Part shown: positions 40,021 through 50,772 of the stretch, piece after piece
How positions within the stretch are numbered: the stretch's first letter is position 1
How the letters are laid out: each line of letters opens with the position of its first letter
Assembly: GCA_026770705.1 (NCBI GenBank)
Contig: JANJGN010000036.1
Location: 1,612,001 to 1,676,000, forward strand
Direction: 5' to 3'
Source of the DNA: Isurus oxyrinchus
Taxonomy: Eukaryota
DNA length: 64,000 nt
Notes under the pieces: model-generated
Database searches by the model: none
What the model was told of the DNA's origin: nothing
Seen by the model: only the letters and a program-made list of their open reading frames with translations
Translations under genes and position numbers: made by a program

Positions 40021-40549
40021 CATCATTATGCAATAGGAAACACAACCCGACAATTAACTCAGAACACTGAACCCAGATAAAGCCCAAATGGCCTTTTATA
40101 TAATCGATTCTGTCAGTGGAAAACCGAGTATATGAAACTGAACTGGAAGGTGGTGGGGGAGGGGGTGGGTGGTGGTTTTGGTGGTGGTGGGGGGGGGGTG
40201 GGGGGAGCGGGGGGGTAAGGAAAGGGGGCGGTACGCGGTAATTTCATAATATTTGTACTGAATTCAAAAGAGATTTGTTCATTTACATTCTGGGCCTGTA
40301 CATTTTTCTGTACACACATTCTGCTCCTAGACTGCCATGACGCACAGATAGTACCCATTGTGTGTAAAATGCCTGTGACATTCGCCGGGTCACTGCACCT
40401 AAAATAGTGTCATACTTTCCATAGCATAGTTTCCACCGGATCTGAAAGGCGAACAACTCACTGGGACTGAGCTCAGGTTAGTCTGAGGCCACTCCGCCTG
40501 CAAAAACAAACTGGTGAGAGCGAAACCAGGGAGAACTCACCGCATCAAG

Positions 40550-42938
40550 ATAGTCAAGGAACTTTTATATCTGATACTCATTTTCCAAGTGCTGCGGGAC
40601 TGTGGTGAGTAAGAGGCAGGTGAGCATGTTAAACAGGAATCAGCCACAACCTGTGTTTACTGAGCTGTAACTGTGGCCCAGTGATAAGGTAAAGCCACGT
40701 GACTCTGATCATCTGAGGTTTTGTTTGGCTCCTTCAATAAAGAGAAGGCAAAATGGTAAATAAACCTGACCTAAAAGAAAATGAAGATATTGTTCTTCAA
40801 TTACAGGTGACCTTGCTCAAACCGATTGCTTCTGATCTCTCAATAACCCAAAATACTGCCGTAACCATCTCTCTAATTATAGAGTCTGAGCCCGCTCCCA
40901 CTCAGAGCCCCTTCACGGTGACAGCCGAATTCGGACAGACTGTGGAATTAGCCTCCACCACAGTTTCAATGTGGAATTGGTGTCTAGCAATGTCTAGTTC
41001 AGGCAACGTGTAGGTGAAGCCACGAAACTAATCGACATATCACCCTGTCAGGGGGTCGATTCTAAGTTTATTTCTAAAAAAGGCAACAGCAAAAATGTGT
41101 TGATTCTGGAAATTCGTAACGTCCACGTGAATGACTCGGGCTCCTACAACTCTGCTCATAGACAACGCATCGCGCCTGAACGGACCCACGCTACTGGTTG
41201 GAGGTAACCAAGCAAGCGAAATGTTTTCAGATCATGCACAGCATTAACATTTGGTGCCAATTAATCGTTAATTGTTTCCAAATCTCTGCCCAGACAGTTC
41301 TACCAACAAGGCGGCTGCGCTAGCTTTTGTCCCGCCGGGTGAGCGGCATTTCAGGGAAACCGGCCCCTTAGTGTGTTTGGTCAGTGGAGTTTCTTCTAAC
41401 CAGATTACTATTTTCTGGAATATTTCCGGCCTGGTCACCGAAGGACCGAGAGATCCCGGTACAAGTGAGGAGAACGGGACCTACCGTATCAGAAATCATG
41501 TCATGGTGCCGAGGGAAACCTGGAGAAGTGGCGGTCTCTGTACTTGTATTGTTCAACTGGGGTCTCCTAACAAATATTGGACAAAGAGTGTATCGTTCCC
41601 CAAAGCAGGAGGGGCAGGGACATGTGAGTTGTTGATATGTACTACAAAGGTTTCATTTCAACTTTAAGGGCCACTCGGATATCCTTCCTGTGCTGTCTTA
41701 TTGAAAGAGCTATCAACTTAGACGCACCCTTCCTCCATAGCCCTGTCAAATTTCCCTTTCATGGTATAATGCGATTCGCTTTTTGAAAGTTATGATTGAA
41801 TCTGCTTCCACCTCGATTATCACGCACTGGGTCTTGGAATGCATTTGAGGTCAGTTCTACACTAGATCCGCTTTACAGGCAGAAAACAGGAAAGAGGTGG
41901 AACTGTTTCGTGAAATAGACGTGATTGTTGAGACGGTTCATATGTTCAGTTCTCTCTCTTATTCCCCACAACCTCTTTGATCAGTCTCCATTTTCCTCGT
42001 AAAATTTATTTTACTTTTACTTTTTGATATCAGCAACCTTCTATAAAATTAAACTTAGTCTCTGAAGCTTAATTGAGACTGTGTTGTGGTGGGATTTAAT
42101 ATATGCATTAAAAATTCATGAGGTGTTTTGATAGGGTGAGTAAGGAGAAACTGTTTCCACTGGCAGGAAGGTCGGTAACCAGAGGGACACAGGTTGTAGA
42201 GAATTGGGAAAAGATCCAGCTGGAAGTGAGGAGATTTTTCTCAATGCAGTGTGTTGTTGTGATCTGGATCAGAAGGAGAATTGGATGAATCTTTGATGGA
42301 CAGACATTTTCAGAACTATAGGGAAACTGAAATGAGAGTGCGATTATTTGGATAGCACCTTCAATGGGACGATGGGCCAAGTGGACACCTCGAGTGCTGT
42401 TACTTTCTATGATACAGTTTTCAATGATTGAAATGATGCTTTTGATCATACTTGCTGATGCACCACGAATATAGAACAATCCTGTCAGTGCTGTCAGTTA
42501 ATTGATCTCTGATAGGAAGATATATATAATTTGCTTCATTTTGTGCGTCCACTCCCACTAGCTGTTTTTTTTTCTGTTTTAATTTCACACCCGAGTTTAA
42601 GGCTCCGATCTTTTAACTGGGTCACCATACCCATCAAGCGATCCCAAAGTAAAAGGCAACACTGAAATGACCGAGCAGTGGTTTCTAAGTGTTATTTCTC
42701 TGTAGGATGGTGCAGTCTGGCTTTTCCTGTTGTGATAACTGTCCTAGTGATACTGGTTCTACTCTTGGTTCTTATTTCAATCGGAATTCGTATAAGAGGC
42801 AGTTCAGTTGATGAGTAATGTTTATCAAGGACATTTTCATGACTGTTTGTCCAATGTGATTTCCTCTTCGTTGGTTTAGTTTGCTAATTTCAGTTATTTC
42901 TTTCAGAAGAACCAGACAGGATATCATTAGAATGAAAG
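40550..42938 (+). pseudogene. Non-rearranging VJ-C1-TM immunoglobulin-superfamily gene B, disabled. Exons: leader 40550-40604, VJ 40883-41203, C1 41294-41623, TM 42706-42810, cytoplasmic 42907-42938 (a further 3' exon is likely near 43060-43730)
   Basis: Leader (M>I)VKELLYLILIFQVLRDC|gtgagt. V: PTQSPFTVTAEFGQTVELA(S)...V*FRQRVGE...LILEIRNVHVNDSGSYNS...NGPTLLVG|gtaac. C1: PLVCLVSGVSSNQITIFWNISG...NGTYRIRNHV...ETWRSGGLCTCIV. TM: WCSLAFPVVITVLVILVLLLVLISIGIRIR. Lesions: ATG>ATA, both V Cys lost, Trp>TAG, frameshifts, TM donor GT>AT. Confidence 0.85.
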
Positions 42939-44209
42939 GTGAGTAACTGCACGATTTGCAAAATGTATCATCAGCACTCTCTTTATTTAGCGCTGTGTAA
43001 ACCCCAGTTCAATATTATCACTGATCCTAATGGTATCTGCCGATATTTTCCATGATCTTTTGAGATTGATTCTAGGACCACGTGACAATTTTATTCTGAA
43101 CTGTTGCTGGCAATTGAGCCAGAATTTTTAAAGTCTAACACTTGTTTGATATTTTTGTCTATATCCAGTTTTTGGCATGAGAGAGAGAATGCAAAGAGAG
43201 AGGGGGAATCAGAGACAAATGAGTAAGTCGCATTGAAATGTTCACGCACATTAAATGCCAAATGAGGGATATTGTATATAGTCATGAGTGCACTTCCCAC
43301 CATCAACATGTTGTGCAATCACTCTCCTGACTGTTGGCGCCATTAAAAGGCCAATTCTTGGTTATTAATATTGGCAGTATTAGACCAGGTGGACAGTAGT
43401 CTCCATACACCGGGGTAAATAATGCTCTTCCATTCATTGGCGAATTGCACTGCACTGATGTGTTGAGGGATCATTGATGTATTGTTGGAACATTGGTGTA
43501 TTGGGGGAACAGTGGTGGATTTGGGAGCTTTCACAGAAGGGGGACCAATTGACTCACGAGGTCCATTAATGTAGCTGGGCTATTGTGCGCTGGTAGATGT
43601 TTAGCTCATGGTGACTCCAGAATGACTGATAGGTTAGTCAGGCTGGGATAACATTTCAATTCATGTCGTAACCATTAATGCACAGGTGACCTCTGCAAAC
43701 CAGATGCGAAGTGGACATATCAGGAAGTAATGTAAGTGAGTGCACTGAGACTATTGTAATACTATTCAGAATCGTGATCACTTTTAGGTGAAGTGCATGC
43801 TGTCCCAAGCTGAATATTTCACGTGGTTATCAGAGAGCAAGCCTCAGTCTGGAGCAGCTGAATTTCTGTCAAATCCTCAAACTGGAATCACAATATTTCC
43901 CTCGGCCCTCTCCCTATCTGACAATATAAATGATAGGTTTCACGTAGAATATCTCTGTCAGACTTTACTGCAGATTTCAGCAGTTTCTGTTTCATATGTA
44001 CAACCTTCTGCTATTTTTAGTTTGTTTATCTCTGCAGTGTGCCTTGTCCCCCTCCCTCTCCTCAAATTTGCCCTCTACACCGCAACCTCACAAAACATTT
44101 TTTGTAAATATATTCGCCTCTGATTTTACATTGAAGGTAAAGTCACACCCAGGTTTGTTTTGTAGATTCATTAAACTACATTTCTGCTGAAAATTACATT
44201 ATGTGCATT

Positions 44210-46000
44210 AATGCTAAAAATTTAGTTAAGGAAAAAGTGGGACCTATCAGATGTCAAGATAGAAATTTGTGTGTAGATGCAGAGGCTGTGGGAAGGGATT
44301 TGAATAAATATTTTGTCTACTGCTTACAAAGGAAATGGAAGATGTAGATATCGTAGTCCAGGAGGAACCTTGCGAGATATTGGATGGGGTATCCATAAAG
44401 AGAGAGGAAGTACTCGAAAGGTTGAAATCCTTGAAAGTTGATAAGTCACCAGGGCCAGATGTATTGTTTCCAAGGCTGCTGAAGGAAGTCAGGGAGGAGA
44501 TAGCAGATGCTCTGAGGATGATTTTCCAATCTTCACTAGATACAGGGGAAGTACCTGAGGACTGGAGAAATGCAATTTAAACAATTTCCATTGTTTAAAA
44601 AGGGATCAAAGGAAATGCCGAACAATTATAGGCCAGTTACTATTACACCAGTAGTGAGCAAATTAATACAATCAATTCTGAGAGATAGGATTAACTGTCC
44701 TGTGGTAAGGCATGGACAAGTCAGGCATCATCAGCATGAATTTGTCAAAGGAAGGTCTTGCCTCACAAATTTGATTGAATTCTTTTAGGAATTGACAAGA
44801 ATGGTTGATGAAATAGCGCAGTGGATGTCATGTACATGGATTTTAGCAAGCCATTTGACAATGTTCCACATGCTAGATTATTTGGGAACGTAAACGCCTA
44901 TGGGATTCAAGTTAATGTGGCAAACTGGATGAAAGGATGGCTTTGTAACGGGAAACAAAGTAGAATGGTCGATGGATGCCCTTGTGAATGGGAAGTTGTC
45001 TCAAGTGGTGTTCCACAGGGCTCAGTGTTGGGACCCTTGCTGTTTGTGTTATATATTAAGGATTTCGACGTGAAAGTAGGGGCACAATTGGGAAATTTGC
45101 AGATGACATAAAGACTGGCCGAGTAGTGGATAGTGTAAAGGATAGCCATAATCTCCAAAATGATATAGATGTGTTGGTGGAGCGGGCGATGCAGTGTCAG
45201 ATGGTTTTACATAGCGAATTGAGAGGTCATATGCTTAGGGAGGTCAAACAGTTACAGAGATTACAAAATAAATAAGAATATAATAAGAGGGGTAGGTGAA
45301 GTGAGAAAACATGTCGTACAAGTGCACAGGCCCCTGAAGGCAGCGGTTCAAGACAAGGTTGTAAAGAAGGCATATGGAATGCTCTCCTTCACTGGCTGAG
45401 GTATAGAATATAAAAGTAAGGATATAATGTTGGAATTGTATAAAACACTGGTGAGGCCACAACTGGAGTATTGTGTGCAGTTCTGATCACCATGTTACAG
45501 GAAGGATGTAATAGGGCTGGAGAGAGTGCAGAGGAGGTTTAGAAGAATGTTCCCAGGGTTAGAAAAGTGTAGGTACGAGGAGAGATTGGATAGGTTCGGT
45601 TTATTCTCCTTAGAACAACGATGGCTGAGAGGTGATTTGATTCAGGTTTACAAAGTTACGAGGGGAATCGATAGAGTGGAGAGGATAAAATTGTTTGCCT
45701 TGATGGAGAATTCTAGAACCAAGGAACATAGATTCAAGATAAGTGGCAGAAGGTGTAGGAAAATCTTTTTTATGCAATGTGTAGTGGGTGGCTGGAGTTC
45801 GCTGCCCAGGTTGGTGGTAGAGGCAGAAACTTTAACCTCTTTTAAAAAGTACCTGGGAATGCAAATAAAGTTCTGTTAGCTGCAGGCCTATGAGCCGGGT
45901 ACAGGAAGGTGGGATTAGAAAGGGCAGCTGTGTGTCGTCGGGCTGAGGATCCCCAGATGGGCCAAATTGCCACCTTCTGTGCAATAACTTTTATATGGTT
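44210..46000 (+). mobile_element. CR1 LINE ORF2 (RT) remnant, ~1.8 kb
   Basis: LKVDKSPGPD, NYRPV, YMDFSKPFD, SGVPQGSVLGPLLF, RGDLIQVYK in shifted frames; runs into the N gap. Confidence 0.95.
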
Positions 46001-46028
46001 CTATCGTTCTAAGTGGACAAAGGAGGAA

Positions 46029-46158
46029 NNNNNNNNNNNNNNNNNNNNNNNNNNNNNNNNNNNNNNNNNNNNNNNNNNNNNNNNNNNNNNNNNNNNNNNN
46101 NNNNNNNNNNNNNNNNNNNNNNNNNNNNNNNNNNNNNNNNNNNNNNNNNNNNNNNNNN
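46029..46158. other. Assembly gap (130 N)
   Basis: Run of N, followed by (TG)n. Confidence 0.99.
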
Positions 46159-46170
46159 GTGTGTATGCCT

Positions 46171-46259
<89 letters not shown>

Positions 46260-46659
46260 CTTGCTTGTGGGTGTGTCTGTGTCCGTGCATTTGCATGTGT
46301 GTTAGTGAAAAAGTGTGAAGATGATTTTCTGACTTTGCTCAGTGGTGAGCAAACCATCTCTCCCCCACCCCAATACCCAGACGCGCCTCTGGGTCAGAAT
46401 GTCGAGGGTTTGATTCCCCATTCCAGAGAGTTGAGGAGAAAGCCTGCACTGACACGCCAAAGCAGAAGTGAAGGAGCGCGGCGATGCCTGAGGAAATGTT
46501 GCATTGAGGCCCACAGTGCTCTCTCCCAGGACGAAAGGCTTCACCACCACATTTGGAATAAGAGCATGGGGAGCGAGGGGAATTCACCCATGTGTCCTGA
46601 TTGGTATCTAATCCCCAAACCAATATCTTAAAGAATGGAGGTTATCTCTGTCTGTATTA

Positions 46660-48515
46660 CAGAATCACAGAGTCAAAGAGTCACTGAGTGCAGAAGAGGC
46701 CCTTTGGCCAATGGAGTCTTAACCAACACGTGAGAATCAACTGACCTACCTACCTAATCCCATTTAGCAGCCCTTGGCCCATAGCCCTGAATGTTATGAC
46801 CTGCCAAGTGCTCATTTAGGTACTTTTTAAAGGATGTGAGGCGAACAGCCTCCTCCACCCTCCCAGGCAGTGCATTCCAGAACGTCAAAATCCTCCAGGT
46901 TAAATAGTTTTTCCTCACATCCCCCCTAAACCTCCTGCTCCTCACATTGAATGTAAGTCCCCTCGTGACTGACTCTTCAACTAAGGAGAACAGCTAATCC
47001 CTATCCACCCTGTCCATGCCCCTCATAATCTTGTATACCTCGATCAGGTCGCCCCTCAGTCTTCTCTACTACAACGAAAACAACACAAGTCTATCCAAGC
47101 TCTCTTCATATCTTAACTATTTCATTGCAGGCAACATCCTGGTGAATCTCGTCTGCATCCCCTCCATTGCAAAGACATCCTTCCTATAATGTGACGACTA
47201 GAACTGCGCACAACACTCCAGCTGTGGCCTCACCAAGGTTCTATACAACTGCAACAAGACCTCCCTACTTTTGTAATCTATGTTTCGATTGATAAAGGCA
47301 AGTGTCCCCTATGCATTTTTCACCACACCACTAACATGCCCCTCCGCCTTCAGAGATCTATGGACACACACGCTAAGGTCCCTTTGTTCCTCAGAACTTC
47401 ATAGTGTCGTGCCATTCAATGAGTACTTCATTCTCAAATTACTCCTTCCAAAGTGTATCACGATACACGTTTCAGGGTTAAATTCCATCTTCCACTGATC
47501 TCCCCACTTGACCATCCCATCTATATCTTCCTGTAGCCCAAGACAGCCAACCTCACTGTTAACCACCTGGCCATTCTTTGTGTCATCTGCAAACTTACTA
47601 ATCCTACCCCCCACATAGTCATCTAGGTCGTTTATATAAATGACAATTAATAGCGGGACCAGTACAGATCCCTTCGGTACGTCACTGTACAATGCCTTCC
47701 AGTCACTAAAGCATCCTTCTGTCATCACCCTCTGCCTCCTACAACTAAGCCAATTTTGAATACACCTTATCAAGTTACGCTGTATCCCATGTGCATTTGC
47801 CTTCCTAATTAGTCTCCCATGTTGGCCCTTGTCAAAGGCTTTGCTGAAATCCGTAGAAACTACATCATCTATACACCCGACAGCTCCTCATAAAATTCAA
47901 TCAAATGTGTTAGGCATGAATTCCCTCTGAAAAATCCATCTCTCCAAGGGGAGATAGATTCTTCCCTTCAGAATTTTTTTCCAATAGTTTCCCTACAACT
48001 GACGTAAGACTCACAGGCCTGTGGTTCCCTGGCTTATCTCTATCAACACTTCTTAAATAGCAGAACGACGTTATCTTTTCTCCAGTCCACTGGCACCTCC
48101 CCCGTGGCCAGAGTGGAATTAAAAATTTGGGTCAGGGCCCCTGCGATCTCTTCCCTTGCAACCCAGTCTGGTACACAAATCATCTGGACTTGGAAATTTG
48201 TCCACTTTTAAGCCTGACAACACTTCCAATACCATGTCACTCCTCATATCAATATGCTTAAGAACCTCGCAGCTTCTATTCCCGAGTTCCATATCTTCAT
48301 CTTTATTCTCTTGGGTGAAGACGGATGTGAAGTATTCATTCAATACTGTAGCGATGTCTTCTGGCTCCACCCATAGGTTGCTCCTTTGGTCCCTTATGGG
48401 CCCTACTCTTTCCCTGGTTATCTTCTTCGAATTGATATCCCTTCAGAAAATGTTGGGATTTTCCCTACTTTTACCTTGCAGAGCATTCTCATGTCCCCTC
48501 TTTGCTCTCTGAATT
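46660..48515 (-). mobile_element. CR1 LINE ORF2 (RT) remnant, ~1.85 kb
   Basis: Reverse ORFs LNEYFTSVFT, LKVDKFPSPD, IYINDLD...ISKFADDTK; 3' UTR motif. Confidence 0.95.
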
Positions 48516-49629
48516 GCTTAAGCATTGCTCTTAATGGGATGTTACCGATTGCAAATTGGCTGCCACATTACAAGCAATGATTACATGTCATAAAAGTGGC
48601 TTTAAAGCAACCTTAGGTTTCCTGAGGCTGTGAAAGGTGCCGCATAAGCGCAAGTCTTTTGATTGTGTACGTGATTCTATCTGGATGTGATTGGTTCTGC
48701 GGGATCTATCCAACTGCACAGGTGGCTCGTGGTAAAACATTGTAATCGAGTTAACCAGTTAACAGAAAAGCAGTCCAAACTCATCATTCCAGTGTTCTAT
48801 TAAACGTTGATGATTTCTGGGCTAATTTGCTTTTCGAAACCAGCTCCTCTGTTACAAAACATTAATTAAGACAATTCCGGCATAAAGACATTAAGTAAAA
48901 CATTCTCAAATTGATATGGGCGGCAGCAAAAGCCAAATCGTTCGAAGTTTTAACTGGAAAAGGATAAATACGTGACTGGGAAATAATTGCGGGCCAATGA
49001 ATGGGAGAAGTGGGGATAGGGAGAGTAATTGGACAGGATTATAGAAGAACCAACGCAGCCACAATGGGCCGAACATCCACCGTTGTATCATTCTACGATT
49101 TTATGAAAGGCGATTTTGGGACGGGATAACCTGCCCAGTCTTTAAACTACTTTTGAATGTTAATGTTTAATGTGCGTCTCAGCCTCAGGGCAATCCACTC
49201 TCCGCCTCCCTGGAGTTTGCTGCATTGGAAAAGAGGTCAAAAAAGAAAGCGGGTCACAGATGAGGATCGGGATGGTTCTCCCTGAAGAATTAAGGAGGAG
49301 ACAGGTTTTGCCAGTGAACCCACAACCTCCTGGAAATGCACATGGAGCCACAGAGGCTCTCACCAAACAACTAAACTATCCGTGTGCACTCGCCAAACTT
49401 TACAAAGACTGGCTCCTTTGGTTCAATGTAACAGAATATGTCTTGTGTCTTTTTAAGATATTCCACTGTATGCGTGGAAGCACCATTGGCAAAGACTAGG
49501 CATTATCACGAGTTTCTCTGAACCTTTTTTTGCTGATCCGACAACTCCAGTTACTGACGGTATTATATTCCTTTGCCACTGTTTGTATCTAAATAACATA
49601 AATTATTTTTCAGTAATTAACTTAATTAA

Positions 49630-49823
49630 CTATCTGCTGGGTAATGGCGGAATCACACACGCACACACACAGGAATATTTACCGATCTAACTCTTTGCTT
49701 GTTAATGGCAGAATCACACTTGCACACTTTTATTGACCTAACACTCGGCTGGATAATGTCAGAATTGCACACGCACACGCACAAATTTACTGATCTAACC
49801 CTCTGTTGGATAATGTCAGAATC
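49630..49823 (+). repeat. ~50-bp tandem repeat (same family as 11279-11625), truncated by the gap
   Basis: gatctaaccctctgttggataatgtcagaatc immediately before the Ns. Confidence 0.85.
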
Positions 49824-49953
49824 NNNNNNNNNNNNNNNNNNNNNNNNNNNNNNNNNNNNNNNNNNNNNNNNNNNNNNNNNNNNNNNNNNNNNNNNNNNNN
49901 NNNNNNNNNNNNNNNNNNNNNNNNNNNNNNNNNNNNNNNNNNNNNNNNNNNNN
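49824..49953. other. Assembly gap (130 N)
   Basis: Run of N. Confidence 0.99.
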
Positions 49954-50772
49954 TATACAAGATGAGTCTCTTATTTTGAACGAAAATTTTGAGGTTTTAC
50001 CAAGACAGTAGTTATAAATAGCAATTTTCTGATAGACTGGTTGCCAGTAGAATGGTTCCCTTTGTTATTCATTGGTGGTATGTGGGTATCGCTGGCTAGG
50101 TCAGTATTTAATGCCCAACCCTTATTGCCCTGGAAAAGCTGGTGCTCAGTCGCCTTCTTGAAACGCGACAGTCCATGTGCTGCAGGTTCCTGGCATTTAA
50201 GAGTCAACAACATTGCTATTAGTCTGGAGTCACATCCAGGCCAGGTCAGGGCGGCAGATTCCTTTCCCTAACAGTCATTAGTGAACCGGATGTGTTTTTA
50301 TAGCATTGGAACATTGTTTTATCGCCATCAGTAGCTTTTTAATTCCAATATTGAATTCATATTCCACCATCCACCATGGTGGGATTCAAACCAGAGCATT
50401 ACATTGTTTTCTGGATTTCTAGTCGAGTGAAAATGCTACTACACAACGGCCTCCCTTTCTGGGTAGGACAATGACCAGAGCCCATCAATGTTAGATAGCC
50501 ACCAAAAATGCAAAGGAAAATCCAAAGCAACGTATTTATTCAGAGTGGAAATGCATTTAGGCGAGAGCCGACCTGCTTTTGAGCGATAAAGGATTATCTG
50601 GCCATGACTTTTATTTAGATGAGAATTTCGAAAATGACGGTTGAGAGCTTTACTACACCGGTATGGTCTGGTTGGACATGATCATTTCTTTCCATGTCAT
50701 AAACGCCATGCATTCTCATATAACTGTTAAGTTCATGGATTAGAAACTTTGTGATCAGCTTTCACAGCATTC

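Noticed and set aside
44210-48515. Opposed CR1 copies as an intact or active element
   Set aside because: Both are 5'-truncated with stops and frameshifts, are diverged from each other, and are separated by a gap.
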